Shown piece by piece: positions 1-16,668 of a stretch of 64,000 nucleotides of DNA. This DNA is from the human T2T-CHM13v2.0 reference genome, Homo sapiens. The notes under the pieces were generated by a model, which was not told the DNA's origin, made no database searches, and saw nothing but the letters and a program-made list of their open reading frames with translations. Location: assembly GCF_009914755.1 (NCBI RefSeq), contig NC_060936.1; one strand, written 5' to 3'. Numbering within the stretch: the first letter of the stretch is position 1; the number at the start of each line of letters is the position of its first letter. A program made the translations under genes and the position numbers.

Positions 1-129
1 AAATTTGGGAAAAAATGAAGAATATGTATCAGTCCTCAAGTGGTTCACACTGTAGCAAGGAAGACAGATATGTCAGCTGATTATTAGAATAAACATGAGC
101 AATGATCCTGCTATGATATCTACATTTCA

Positions 130-1010
130 AACTCTCTTTTTAATATATCCAGCCTCCTATGTGGAATCTTCACTTGGCTGGCTCACAGCCCTTCAAATAC
201 ATACCTCGGATTGAACAGTTGACTCCAGACCCTGCTCTCAAAACCGTTTCCTTCTAATGACCCCATCATTTACCTACTTGCTCAAGTCAGAAGTCTAGGA
301 GTCTTGCCTGATTTCTGCCTCTTCTTCATTACTTCTGCATCTATTCCATCAGCAAGCTCTGACCCAATTCTATTCAGAACCTTCAATTCCCATGGCTACC
401 ATTCTAATCCAACCCACCATCATAGCTTGCCTGGATCCCTATAAGAGCCTCCTTACTGTTCTCCTTCTTCCTTCATTCTTCAATTCATTCCAACCTAGTC
501 CCAAAAAGCAGACGAGCAATCAATTAAAAATATAAATTTAATCATACCACTGCCTCCTTGGGGCTCCACTGGCTTCCTGTCGTGTCTTAAATGAAACCTA
601 AATATTGTGTCTTAAATGAAACCTGAATATTGGCATCTATTGCCCCTTCCTATGTATCCAATCTCATCATGGCACTGTACCTTTTGGCCATAAACCTTGA
701 GCCACCCTGGGTTAAGCTCTTCCTACCACAGAGTCTTCACGTGTGGTGTTCCATTGAATGACATTTTCATCTTTCTAATCTTACCAAGTCTGGCTTCTTC
801 TCATTCTTCAGGTTTCAATTCAGACAACCTCTTCTCATTGACAACTTCTCTTACCTTCTAAATAGATTAACCTTCCTTACCTTTTTCTATTTCCACATTT
901 ACAGCACTTACCACAATGTTTAATTTTCATTATATTTTGATTCCTTTATTTATTGACTTGCCCACTAGAATGACAGGAAATTATGAGTTTTATTTGCTTA
1001 GCATTTAGTC
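130..1010 (+). mobile_element. L2 LINE fragment (ancient, diverged)
   Basis: Segments such as 'cttgctcaagtcagaagtctaggagtcttgcctgatt', 'ttctaatccaacccaccatcatagcttgcctggat...agcctccttactg' and 'ttcttctcattcttcaggtttcaattcagacaacctcttctc' follow the L2 3' consensus in order. Ends are approximate. Confidence 0.75.
582..631. repeat. 25-bp direct tandem duplication
   Basis: gtgtcttaaatgaaacctaaatatt (582-606) followed by gtgtcttaaatgaaacctgaatatt (607-631), 1 mismatch. Confidence 0.95.
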
Positions 1011-1667
1011 TAATCCTTATTGCACAACTCACTAAAAATTATATGAATAAAATAAACCCAATTATTACTACTTTTTCTATTTTGTGATATAAAAATATTG
1101 AGGAAGTGAAAACAAAAGTCATTTTTTGACATTTCTTATAAATAATGTGTCTATACCAGTTACCAGTTATGCACAGATTGGCATGATTAACATAATACGC
1201 AATTTGTAGTAAGATCCATTCTTTGTTTTTAAAACCATACATTTATGGAGAACCATAAAAAGAAAATTCTAAATTGAACTAAGTCAAATTCTACTTCAGT
1301 ATTTATTTACATAGCAAGTTGTGGAAGAGTTTTAATTACTAATCCACTTAATGACTATTTAACAATTTTCACAAGATGGCAGTTCAACTTTTACTCTTGT
1401 ACTCTTAAAAATAAATAATAATGGTAAAGTTATTTCTGCTCATTAATTTCTCACTCATAAAGGACTACATACTAATGTGCTGGTAAATTGCCAGTGTTGG
1501 TGTGAAATAATTTATTTACTTTTTGGTCTTTTCTCTATTACATTGTGATCTTATTTTTTAATATCACATCATGGTCATAAATCCTATGGTTATAAATAAT
1601 AAAGACAAAGGAAATATAAAAATAATAAAAATATTTTTGCATTTATAAAGTAATTTGAAATTATTAA

Positions 1668-3482
1668 ATTGAGATTCCATCTCAAGAAACTACTTTCTTT
1701 GCTCATCCATAAGAAGCAAGTCTTTACCTGTTCAAATTTTATCATGAGATTGCAGAAATTCAGTTAATCTTTAGTGTCTACTTATTCTTATTCTAGTTCT
1801 CTTGATCTTTTCACCACTTTTGCAGTCCCTTCCTCCACTGAAGTCCTGAACCCTTCAAAATAATCCATGAGGGTTGAAATGAACTTTTTCCAAACTCTTG
1901 TTAAGGTAGATATTTTGACCCCCTCCTATGAATTGCAAATGTTCTGAATGGCATCTAGAATGGTGAATCCTTTCTAGAAGGTATTTAATTTACTTTGCCC
2001 AGATGCATCAGAGGAATCTCTGTCTATGGTAGCTATATCCTTACAAAATGTATTTATTGAATAAGAAGCCTTGAAAGTTGAAACTACTCCTCAATCCATA
2101 GGCTGCACAATGGATATTTTGTTAGCAGGCATGAAGACAACACCATTCACCTTGTACATCTCCATCAGAGCTCTTGAGTGACCAGGTACATTATCAGTGA
2201 GCAGAAATATTTTGAAAGGAATCTTTTTGTCTGAGCAGTAGGTCTTAAAAGCACACTTAAAACATTCAGTAAACCATGCTATAAACAGATGTGCTGTCAT
2301 CTAGGCTTTGTTGTTCCATTTATAGAACACAGGCAAAATAGATTTAACATCATTCCTAAGGGCCCTAGGATTTTGGGATTGGTAAATGAGAAGTGGATTC
2401 AATTTCAGGTAACCAGTTGCATTCGCCCCTAACAAAAGAGTCAGCCTGTTCTTTGAAGTTTGAAGCCAGGCATTGACGTCTTCTCTCCGGCTATGAAAGT
2501 CCTAGATGGAATATTCTTCCAATAGAAGGCTGTTCTATCTACATTGAAAATTAGTTTTATTTATTGTAGCCACCTCTATCAATTAGTTTAGCTAAATCTT
2601 CAAGATAACTTGCTGAATTTTCTAGATAGCACTTGTTACTTCACCTGACACTTTTATGTTATGGAGATGGATCTTTCTTTAAATCTCATGAATAAACCTT
2701 TGCTAACTTCAAACTTTTCTTCTGTAGCTGAAAGGCTTTCATACAATGAAAGAGAGTTAGGGCCTTGTTTTGGATTTGGCTTTGGGTTAAGGGAATTTTG
2801 TGGCTGCTTTGATCATCTATTCAGAACACTAAAACTTTCTCTAGAGTGGCAATAAGGCTGTTTTGCTTTCTTACTGTGTGTTTTCACAAAAGTGGCACTT
2901 TCAATTTTCTTCCAGAACTTTTCTTTTGCATTCACAACTTCACTAACTGTTTGGAGCAAGAGTTCCAGCTTTTGGCTCATCTTGCTTTCAACATGGCTTC
3001 CTCATAAAGCTTAATCAGTTTTAGCTTTTGATATAAAGTGATACATGTGTGACTCTCCTTTCACTTGAACACTTAGCGGGCATAAGAAGGTTATTCATTG
3101 GACTAACTTCAGTATTGTGTCTCAGGGAAGAGGGATTCCCAAGGAAAGGGAGGGAGATGGGGGAATGGCTGGTTTGTGGAGCAGTCAGAATACACACTAA
3201 ACTCAACAATTTTTATGGGCACAGTTCGTGGTGCCCCAAATAATTACAATAGTAACATCAGAGATCACTGATCACACATCACCATAATGGAAATAATAGT
3301 AATTAAAAGGTTTAAGATATTGCGAGAATTACTAAAAATGTGACACAGAGACACAAAGTGAGCTGTTGGAAAAATGGCACTGATAGACTTGTTCAAAACA
3401 GGGTTTCCACAACTCACAGTTTGCAAGAACTGTAATATATATGACACAAAAAAGTGAAACACAAGATACTGAGGTTTGCCTG
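1668..3482 (-). mobile_element. Tigger1 (TcMar-Tigger) DNA transposon, 3'-truncated
   Basis: The reverse complement of 3460-3484 reads TA|CAGGCAAACCTC, a Tigger1 5' TIR plus TA target. Translated remnants MPAKCSSERR (ATG at 3083) and [26 protein letters not shown] match Tigger1 transposase. No second TIR is visible. Confidence 0.93.
1700..3083 (-). pseudogene. Disrupted Tigger1 pogo-family DDE transposase ORF
   Basis: ORF-track fragments 3021-3209 and 2091-2300 carry the N-terminal and DDE_1 motifs, with many stops and frameshifts. Confidence 0.85.
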
Positions 3483-3499
3483 TATACCCTGCTTACCAA

Positions 3500-4028
3500 A
3501 AACTGCACATATTTTTACATATAAAGTATAATTAAAAATAAATATATGTATGTTCATATCAGCTTAAGAAATGGAATTAAAATGATTCCTTTGAACCCTC
3601 TGTGTGCCCTCCACTGTGATATACGCTTTTCTCCACAAAGATATAATCATCATCCTCAGGTATTTATCATTTCTTTGCCTTTCTTCATAGATTGTTCACA
3701 AGTATGTGTATCTCTAAACCATGTATTTTTTTATTGTGATTGCTTTGTAAGTTCATATATATGTAATAATTCTGTATATTCTCTTCCATGAGTAGTTTTT
3801 TAATTTGACATTATGTTTTTGAGATTCATCCAGCTGTTTTATATGGCTATCATGTATTCAATTATATTACAGTCTAATATTCCATGATATGAAAATACCA
3901 CAGTTAAGGATAAGAAAATACTTATCCATTTTCCTGTTGAAGGATTTTCAACGTTGCCTACTTTTAGTTATAAATAATGTTGCTATCAATGTTGCTGTTT
4001 CTTAGGATACATTCAACAGTATTCTAGG
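3500..4028 (-). mobile_element. Old L1 (L1ME-like) 3' fragment
   Basis: 'tttgacattatgtttttgagattcatccag...ttatccattttcctgttgaagga...taaataatgttgctatcaatg' is typical antisense L1M 3' sequence. Confidence 0.65.
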
Positions 4029-4029
4029 G

Positions 4030-4240
4030 CAGTGGCTATCAAGCTGTTTGGACTCCAGCCCTCAACATTAAATTCATTTTACATGGTTGTGCGGTACACA
4101 TACAAACCTTTCACATGTATACATATATATAACTAAAAAAATTTTTACAAAATAATATTATATGCAAGGCACACTGATATTTTCTATTCCCAATTATATT
4201 TTCAAAAATGCTGATTGTGGCCTAATGAATTGATTTTATG
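4030..4240. mobile_element. hAT-Charlie-type non-autonomous element fragment
   Basis: Starts with a hAT-like TIR 'cagtggctatcaagct'. Internal 'cactgatattttctatt...aaaatgctgattgtggcctaatgaattgatttt' resembles Charlie MITEs. Subfamily uncertain. Confidence 0.45.
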
Positions 4241-4273
4241 TTGCCAAATATCTAATTTACAAAGGAAGAAGGA

Positions 4274-4572
<299 letters not shown>

Positions 4573-5207
4573 AGAAGCAAGAAGGAATAATATGGAAATT
4601 TACTCAAGGTTTTGTGAGCAGAAGGATAGCTTTAAAGTTATATTAGTGTGGTAAAATTTCCTTTAAATCAATTTTAATCATTTCTGCTTTTTTTCCCCTC
4701 AAAATTCCTTTTAATCTGGTAGCTATACATCACCCATCCCTATCAGTTTCTCCGCTTTTCTTTCCCCATTGCTAATGTTGATCCACCAGTCTCCTTGTCT
4801 TTCAAAATCTTTCTCTTTGGCTATCTCTAATTTTTTATCATGTAGAAAAATTTAGCCCTAGTATCAATGCACCTAAAAACAGGAGGTTTTGTAACATAGT
4901 TCTCAAAATGTAAGTATTCATCCACTAATAAATCCTAAAAGCAATGTAGTAAGGTCACTGCTTTTTCTTTGAAGCTGCATAGATCAGAAAATAAGTTTAT
5001 TCTGTTAAACTTTTGCTACAATGTGTGTGTGTGTGTATGTATACTTCCTCACAGTGTGTTGCACTGTTTCTCTGACAAAGAGTCCAACCTCTCCCTAGTT
5101 TATCACTGAAACCTCCAGGATTTTATTATGTGACTAGAGACCTTGGGATGTTGGCAAGTCCATTGGTATTAGAATTTTGGTGGGACTGAGTGTAATAACT
5201 GCCCATT

Positions 5208-5353
5208 CTTTTTCTTTCTTTCTTTCTTTCTTTTTTTTTTTTTTTTTTTTTTGAGATAGTCACAGTCTGGTACTGAACTCCTAGGCTCAAGCAATCTTCT
5301 TGCCTCAGCCTCCTGAGTAGCTGGGATTACAGGTGTGCACCACCAAGCCCAGC
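5208..5353 (-). mobile_element. Alu monomer (FLAM-like) with (TTTC)n/poly-T tail
   Basis: Single arm 'gaactcctaggctcaagcaatcttcttgcctcagcctcc...caccaccaagcccagc' after a T tract. Confidence 0.8.
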
Positions 5354-6586
5354 TTACCTGCCTACTTTAATGCTTAACTTTACCTATGTCTTCAATAGGG
5401 ATGAGTAGGTGTTTCTCAGAGTTACTTACTGACAATGAAATCTCAGAGAATTCCCATCTTTCACAGGTTGAGCATTCTAAAATTTTGTCTTGAATGTTCC
5501 TGTCAGCCTTGTGGTCTGGTTCTAGATGAACAGGGTCTAGGTTATCATGGTAATCTTGTTTGCTTTGTACTTTACTGCATTTCATGCAGATTCAAGGGCT
5601 CAGGCTGGCTCTTACAAGCCTCAGATTGGGGTTGGAAACTCGCTGGTTCTTTTTCCCTGGTAAGTGGTCCAAAAGCCAACCTGGGGTTGCTAAGGGAGGT
5701 CTATACGAGCTAGGTGAACTGGTGCTCTATGTGTTTTCCTTATTCCTTCAGGGTAAGCACCCTCTACTTTTCTTCCCTGTTGGTGAATTGTCTTCACTAA
5801 TGTGTAAGGGTTATACAGGCTCTCGGGAATCCTAAGCCTTTTTAGTCACTTGTGCCAATATGCTCATATGTTGTTCATTTTTTATTTGTTACATTCATTT
5901 CCAATTCTACAACCTGCACTCCCCACAACCTTCTAAATCTTGATATTAAAATCTTTGGATTTGGTACACATGTTCAGGAAAAATCTTTCTGTGATTTTAT
6001 ATATGCTTATGAGAGTCTATACATCTCTCCACCTTTTCTTAGCTCTTTTGAATTAAGTGCAACATTTTATAGACATAGAGCTTGGGACATTGAGTTCCCA
6101 TGTAATTACAGTACTAAAACCCTATAAACTTCTAGGCCATCTCTATTACTTGTCTTTCTGTGAGGCTTATTATACCAATATAATACTCAGAGGCATGTTT
6201 TAATCATGATTCATAGGTAATATCCCATCTATGTGTGCATCTTCTAGTTTTAGTATTTTAGGTGTGTAACATAACTAAATATAAATACAAATATGTTACA
6301 TGCCTAACATTGCCCAAGTCCCAATGTCTCTAGTCAGTCTGGGCCAAATAGTAACATCCCCAGAGGGTTCCAGTGATAAAAGTGGCTGAACTGTTTTACA
6401 TAATAAAGGATTAGATACCAAAGGGAAAGATTTTGAAATAGCAAAGAGGCTGATGGAGTAGTGTCTTTAAAACTTACATGATAGTTTACCTTCAGCCTCT
6501 AGACATTTCTTTCTCCAAGGGATCACTTTTGAGCAGGTGAAGCAGAACAAGGCTCTGAACCAGTTCAAATCTTTATGCCTCATACC

Positions 6587-7083
<497 letters not shown>

Positions 7084-7690
7084 CTAATACTTGATCTTTC
7101 TTTGCTGTTTTTTTCCCCCAGGAAATAACATGATTTATAACCTACCTCTCCAGAGAGGTTGTGTTAAACTGCAATTTCCAGTCTGGAGTTTCACACCAGT
7201 TGCTGTTGCGTTTTTTCATTAGAATAGACTTTCCTGTTATAGCATTGTGTCCATCTACCTCTTCAATCGAAATGGCCAATCTTGAACACTACTTTAATTC
7301 TCTGGAGTTTCCACAATCTTTTTCTAAATTCGATGGGCTTTCTCATCATAGCTCCTGTCGGTTCAATATTCATTGACATGCCCTTTGCAGCCATTATAGG
7401 CATTTCTGACTGAAATATAACTTAATAATTCAAACTGGATTGTAGCTGAACCTGGTTTTTAGGGTGAATAATCTAGACAATAACTTGTAAGGATTCATCT
7501 GAATGTGGTTGGACCCACTTGGAAACATTTGCTCTTGCCTTGGTCTGCACTGGGATCAATCCACACCTCCAGGGAAACAAACAAATAACAACACTAAAAG
7601 TAAATTAAAACATTATACACATATACTTACTGAACTTACATAGCACAAATAATGAATATAGACCTTTATCAAAACTTTTGAAATAAGTTT

Positions 7691-7902
7691 CATCATTCTC
7701 AACTGAGGGTGATTGTGCCCCACAGGGAATATTCACCAATGTCTAAGGACATTTCTGGTTGCTGCAATTAGGGGAAGGATGCTAGTCTCTGCTGGGTAGT
7801 ATGAATATCTGTTGCTAAACTCCTTAGAATGCATAGGAAGTTTCCCAGAGAGAATAATTATCCAGTCCCAAATGCCAAAAATGCCCCACTTAAGAAACCT
7901 TA
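7691..7902 (+). mobile_element. MER20 (hAT-Charlie)
   Basis: 'ttctcaactgagggtgattgtgccccacagggaatattcaccaatgtctaaggacatttctggttg...aattatccagtcccaaatgcc...taagaaacct' follows the MER20 consensus. Confidence 0.85.
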
Positions 7903-9124
7903 CATTGGATTGAAATGGGGCTTACATAACATATCACCTTGCAAAATGTCCTTTAAAATGCATTTTAAGACCCTCTAGTCTGTCTTTGGCAGCTGTGACA
8001 TCTGTTTCCACAATTCCAATCTCCAGGCTACCCCACCCTTCCTCTCATATGCCGTGCTTCCTTTTCTTATTTGGAACAATTTAGCAATGATTTATTTCTC
8101 TCCTTGCCTCCCTTCTCCCCTGCATTCTCAAAAATTATTTTTACTTGCCATTTGACTCAGCAGGGCAAGTGAGTTTCCTTAAATCTCTTCTCCTTAGAGA
8201 GAGTTAAAGGAAGAGAGTAAGGAGGGCAGTTGTAAATAATAAACTTGTTATTCTTCTCTCCATATATGGGTGAGTTAAGTTCACCTTAGAATGCATGAGT
8301 AATTTTTTTTAACTTTAAATTTTTCTTTTCTATTTTTGTCATGCTTTGTACTTTGTTCTTTATTTGGGTAATTAAAAGGTAGTAACTCAGCAGGTGAATT
8401 TTCCCCAGCTGTCAGAATTCCTACTAAAATATGAGATAGAACACCATGACTCAAAAGGGACCTGACAATTAATGCAGCCTTTAAAAGATTTGCACAATGG
8501 ATGTGCTTCCTTGGAAAGCTTATTTTCTATCCATTACTATACTTTGAAGTAGAATTACTAATTGTTATTCAACTATATTTCATTATCATTAATTGGCTTC
8601 CAACATTTGAAAATGATTTTTCCCACTACTTCAGTAGCTAGTAATAGCAGCCCCTAAATCACAGTCTTGACAGGACAGCTTTATTTTTGTTTCCTGATTA
8701 CCTTGTCTTTACAATTCCAAATTTAGCAAGGTGATTACATGCTTCAATTTCTGTACTTTATGTTTTTAGGAGCAGTGATATGGCAATGCTAAAAATAATC
8801 CTATTTTTAAATTGAATCTTAAATCTTCTTCCTCCTAAATGACAATCCCAAATTTTGCCATTCAAAGCAAGATAGGCCCAACTGGTTTCTGGGAAAAGCC
8901 AGCACAGTTCTGCAAGGGCATTTATATATGACAACATGACTAGACCTAGAAGTACTTCAAAAATAAATTTGCTTCCTTCTACACAACTCCATCTGCAGTT
9001 CATGGAAGTCAAATGTAGTTACATACACCCAAATCACTGGAAACATCTGGAGTCTTCAAGAGAATATTAAATGGGCAGACACTGGAGAATAGAGCAGTTT
9101 CTCTTCTTTGTTAAAAGAAAGTAG

Positions 9125-9255
9125 ACGGTGAGATTAAAACCAAGGTTCTGCTACTGTGTAGTCCATAATCAACTCACTTTACATTTTGGAACTTCTGTAC
9201 AATGGGAACAATTAGTATCTGTCATGACTTGCTTACATTGCTGTATGAATGATGT
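9125..9255 (+). mobile_element. MIR fragment
   Basis: 'ggttctgctactgtg...tcactttac...ctgtacaatgggaacaattagtatct' resembles the MIR core. Confidence 0.5.
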
Positions 9256-9264
9256 GGGGAGTTA

Positions 9265-9385
9265 ATTCTTCTCTTAATAAATACTTACTGAAAACCAAGC
9301 ATGCGTTAGGCACACTAGTACATTAAAAAGTGGTGAATGAGAAAGTAAAGGTTTTTGCTCTTTAGTAGCACTTGTTATCTAATCG
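9265..9385 (-). mobile_element. L2 3' fragment
   Basis: 'aataaatacttactgaaaaccaagcatgcgttaggcacact...gtgaatgag' is an antisense L2 tail. Confidence 0.55.
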
Positions 9386-9387
9386 AA

Positions 9388-9555
9388 CCTTTTGCCATTC
9401 AAAGTGTGGTCTACATACTAGTAGCATTGGCCTCCCTTGGGAGCTTGTTAAAAACCCAGAATCTTAGGCCCACCCCAGACCTGTAGAATCAGGATCTATA
9501 TTTTAACAAGATCCCCAGTTGATTCATGTGCATGTTAAAGTTTGGTAAACATTTG
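9388..9555. mobile_element. MER5A1 (hAT-Charlie)
   Basis: 'caaagtgtggtc...cagaatcttaggcccaccccagacctgtagaatcaggatctatattttaacaagatccccagttgattcatgtgcatgttaaagtttg'. Confidence 0.85.
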
Positions 9556-10537
9556 TTTAGTAGAATTATAGAAAGTAATTCTGAAGTTAGAAAAATGTTT
9601 TGTAACTATTTAAAAGCCTAGTTACTCATAGACTAGGTAAAGGAAGACTCAAATTGTATTTAAAATTTCAAAGAAATATATGCACATGTGTTTACTTAAA
9701 TCAGACAATTTGTGTGAAAACTATACGAAAATATAAATTACCATTTTTATTGTCATTAGGCATTTATTTTAACACTAGAAGAGTTCAAGAATAATGGCAG
9801 GAAAATATATGATATCTCTGGAGGAAACCATCCATTGAAGCTCACATAAAAAAAGACGAGAAGGACAGAGTTAGCTGGTTCACATCACTTTAATCATAGA
9901 ACCATCCTTAGGTGATTTTTGGGAAATATTATCTCGCAGTGCTAGCTCTTTGTGGAATCACAAATGAAAAACATGAAGGGGAGAAATTTCTTTCCTTTTG
10001 GGGAAGAAAGTGCAGCTAAGGCAGAGAATAAGAAACAGAGATGAGAAAGGAAATAACAGACATGACGTGAGACAAGAAATGAGACTGAAAGGGAAAGAAT
10101 AATTTAGAAAGTATATACAGTGTCTCCTGTGGGTACTCCAGACATCAAAAAGAAGAATATAATATATTTCAGGGCTTGATATTACTGAATAGTCAGAACA
10201 GCCACAAACTGCTGTCAGCAATTTAGCAGAGACGCTATATCAAGGACAAAATCCACACCCACAACCTTATACTCAACCAAATTGCATGCAATTGCCTATG
10301 ACAAGTCTTTGTTGGAATCCTCTTATCATGGCAAACATCCTCAGTACTCTAAATAGTGTCAAAAAGGAAAAAAAAAAAGAAAAAACTGCTGAGCCTAGAG
10401 CACAAATTTTCTGTAGAAATGAAGAAGAAAAAAAATTGAACGGCTCTACAAGAAACTGTTGCTCATGTACCAGATGGCTGCAAAAATTTTTTAGACAGTA
10501 CAGATATAAAATACACACTCTGGAGCATTGTTTTCTA

Positions 10538-10544
<7 letters not shown>

Positions 10545-10570
<26 letters not shown>
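10545..10570. repeat. (TAAA)n microsatellite
   Basis: About 6 tandem TAAA units. Confidence 0.9.
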
Positions 10571-11324
10571 GGTGTTTTTTGTTGTTATAGAGCAGCGAGC
10601 TTCAGTTTAAGGACGGAGAAGATTCAGGAATGGGCCATCCTATTATTGATTTTTAAGCCTACTAGAAGAAGTTTAAAACTATTTATTTTAAGCTTGCTAG
10701 AAGAACACAAGTTACTGGGAACATAGCCAAAAATATTATGCCACAATGTGGGATTAAACACTTTCCAAAGTCTCCTACTTAGGCAGTACACGATTCAGTG
10801 ATGGAGTGCTTAATAACAGAATAGAACTGATTCCAGTTCACCTTGTCCTTGGGAGGTATTTACAATGCGATACAAATATAACCTCAATCCGTCTATTCAA
10901 CAAATATTAATTAGGCCGCTACTATGTGCCAGTTTATAGTGAGGTGAGCATGTATTCAATAAAATTGAATGTACAAAAACCATAGTAGCAACTGAATGAA
11001 TGTCAACCTTGAAACCTGAGAAGTCAACGCCAGACTTATCATAGGACCTATGGCTGGGATATCAGCAATGTGTTTGCCCAGATACTGTCAATGGTGAGAT
11101 ATGTTCACTGTAAGTCTGTCAAGTGACTGGAGGGTTGTATATACAACATTGACCTGGAGAGTGGAGGTTAGAGCAGTGTTAAACAGGAAAGGAAGAACTA
11201 TTGATTGCCACATTTATTCTAGAGTACCTTTCTGCCTTATTCATCTTTTCAGCAATGAACTCCCTGAAATTAGGAATTGAATTTATCTTGGTTACCATTT
11301 ATAGCAAGTAGCATAATACTTGAC

Positions 11325-11965
11325 ATTTATTTTTTCTAAACTGTTATTGAGCATGTGCTATACGATATTGTTGTACTAGCCACTAGAGAGAATGGAGGAG
11401 TTAATAAGAAAATTATGGTCTCTGACTTGTTAACTCTTACTAACAAATGTGGAAGGATATTGATCAAAAGATTTTATTTGAGATGAGGATCCAGTGCTAT
11501 TGGAATGTGTTACGTGGCTGCCTGTTTGAATGGAGGACCAGGGAAATCATTTTTTAAGGAAGTAATTCAAGCTGAGACCAAAAGAATAAGGTGTTAGCTT
11601 GTTAATGTGGAAAAGGAAGAGATATTCCAGGCAGAACAAAGCACATGCACAGGCTCTGAGTCTTGGAGGAGCTCAGCACAAAGAATAAAACGAAGGGTCA
11701 TCTGATTGGATCTTAGAGAATAAACACAGGGAAAATAGGCCCAGATGAATTTGGAGATTTTTGGCCAGAGGTGAGCATATGCATGGCCTCTGGGGTCATT
11801 TCAGGGTCTAATGATTTATTATCCAGCATAATAGGATTTTAAGCAGGGGCCTGATATGATATAATTTTTATTTATCAAAAGATGAATTCAGCTGCTGTGG
11901 GAAGACTGGATGAGAGCAGACCAAACTGAATGAGGCAAGATTGGTTAAAAGATAGCAGCAGTGAA
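11325..11965 (-). mobile_element. L2 LINE fragment
   Basis: 'ttattgagcatgtgctat...gagatattccaggcagaacaaagcacatgcacaggctctgag...ggattttaagcagggg...gatatgatataatttt' is antisense L2. Confidence 0.8.
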
Positions 11966-12280
11966 AGTCTCAAGATTCTAGTTGAGGAACTGCAGAGAGT
12001 GGCTGTCTAGAACTATTTTTGAGACTTCTTTTTCCTGAAATGGGGCAGTCATGATGATAAGTGAAATGCTGCCCAGCTCAAAATATCTACAATTGCTGGA
12101 TACAGTCCAAGAGATCTTTTGTTAAATATATGGATGATCAGGTTTGAAAGTAAGGGAATTCTTCAAAGTCTACAAATTTAAAAAAAATCAGTCTATCAAT
12201 CAATCTACAAGGTGTAAACCAGCTTTCAAGATTAGGCTATTTAGTGGCATTGGACATTCCCTAGAGGTTTAGAGCCTGGC

Positions 12281-12775
12281 TTTCTTTTTTTAATGAAAAC
12301 TTTCAAATATACACAAAAGTAAAGAGAAATGCATAATGAACTCCAGGAACCCATCATTGTCAACTCAGGACTCATTTCATTTATATCTCTATCCACTATC
12401 CCCCTACCTACATTAAATTGTTTTGAAGCATATTCAATAAATTACATCATTTCATCTGTAAATATTTTAGTTTTGTGATTAAAAAATAAATATTCTTCTT
12501 TAATCATAGCTGTGATACTATTATTACACCTGAAAAATGAACATTAGACCTTAATAACAACAAATACCAAGTCAGTGTTCAAATGTTCCCAGTGGTCTGG
12601 CTTTCTTGTTTGTGTTTTGTTTTTTGAATCAAAATCCAAATGAGATCCAAATTACTATTGATTGACATGTCTTTTATAATCCATAAGTGATCTTTCATTC
12701 TGTTTTCCTGACAATTAACTTATTGGAGAAACCAGATGATTAGATTTTTAAAGTTTCCCATATTCTGGAATCTGC
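12281..12775 (-). mobile_element. L1MC/L1ME-type 3' end fragment
   Basis: 'aatgaaaactttcaaatatacacaaaagtaaagagaaatgcataatgaac...ttttgaagca...atttcatctgtaaatattttag' resembles an L1MC4/5 3' end. Confidence 0.7.
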
Positions 12776-12859
12776 AGGGCCTAGATTTAAAGGACCACTC
12801 ATTTGAAGATCAGGAGATAAAATTCCGGAGTGAAGAGGGCAGTCACTTAGATCAAACAA

Positions 12860-15385
<2,526 letters not shown>

Positions 15386-15474
15386 GTGGCTGAATAAATG
15401 AGGGAATGCTAAGTATCTCCACTATTCTAGACATGTTATAGATCTGAATATTATAATTTAGATCAGTATAAATA

Positions 15475-15780
15475 ATTTTTCATTCATTTATTCTTTTATG
15501 TATGCAGAAGTGTTCTTTTGAGTCCACAGGTCTATAATCTGATGGTAGAGTAGACTCTGAAAATAGATGGAGCTTATTATTTAGCAGTCAGAGCAGGTAA
15601 TAAAAAGATGCTGAAAAGCAGAAAATGTTACATACTGATAAATGCTCAGGAAAAAAACAAGTAGGATAAAAACAAACGGATAGAGAGTGCCTTGGGGAGT
15701 ATCGCTACTGAGGGGAAGAGTACTTTATATTAGAAGAAAAAGGAAGTTCCCTCCAAAGAGGTGACCCTGGGTGATCTGAA
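15475..15780 (-). mobile_element. L2 fragment
   Basis: Begins 'ttcattcatttattc'; later 'aaggaagttccctccaaagaggtgacc'. Confidence 0.55.
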
Positions 15781-15964
15781 AACACTGGCTATTTAAATCA
15801 CAAACTGAGGACAGGATCCTGAACTTATAGTGATGTCTAAGTTGCATTATTTGAGTGTCCTAGTTTCAGCAACCTGCCAGTATTTATCATTCTCTAACAA
15901 TTTAAGTGCAATCGCGGATAATGGGCAATTAAACAAAAAAACACGTTAGTCTAAATACAGAAAA

Positions 15965-16436
<472 letters not shown>

Positions 16437-16638
16437 GAGGATTTTTAAAAAAAATAAGTTATCATTTAGAGTAAGTAAAATACATATATGGGTGTGCAAG
16501 AATTAAACTAGCTTGTGGCAACGTGACAATTGTTAAAGCCATTAGTAAACAACAATGTGCCTGTTCAGATATAAAGCAAGTGTTTCTTTAAAATGATAGA
16601 ATTATCATTAAAATATTTTGTATATTCAAATCAGTGAT

Positions 16639-16668
16639 TATGATATGATATGATATGATATGATATAT
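16639..16668. repeat. (TATGA)n pentanucleotide repeat
   Basis: About 5 tandem tatga units. Confidence 0.9.

Noticed and set aside
1040-1660. Possible hAT C-terminal remnant (LRIMLIMPI on the minus strand)
   Set aside because: A single short motif in AT-rich DNA is not enough without a profile search.
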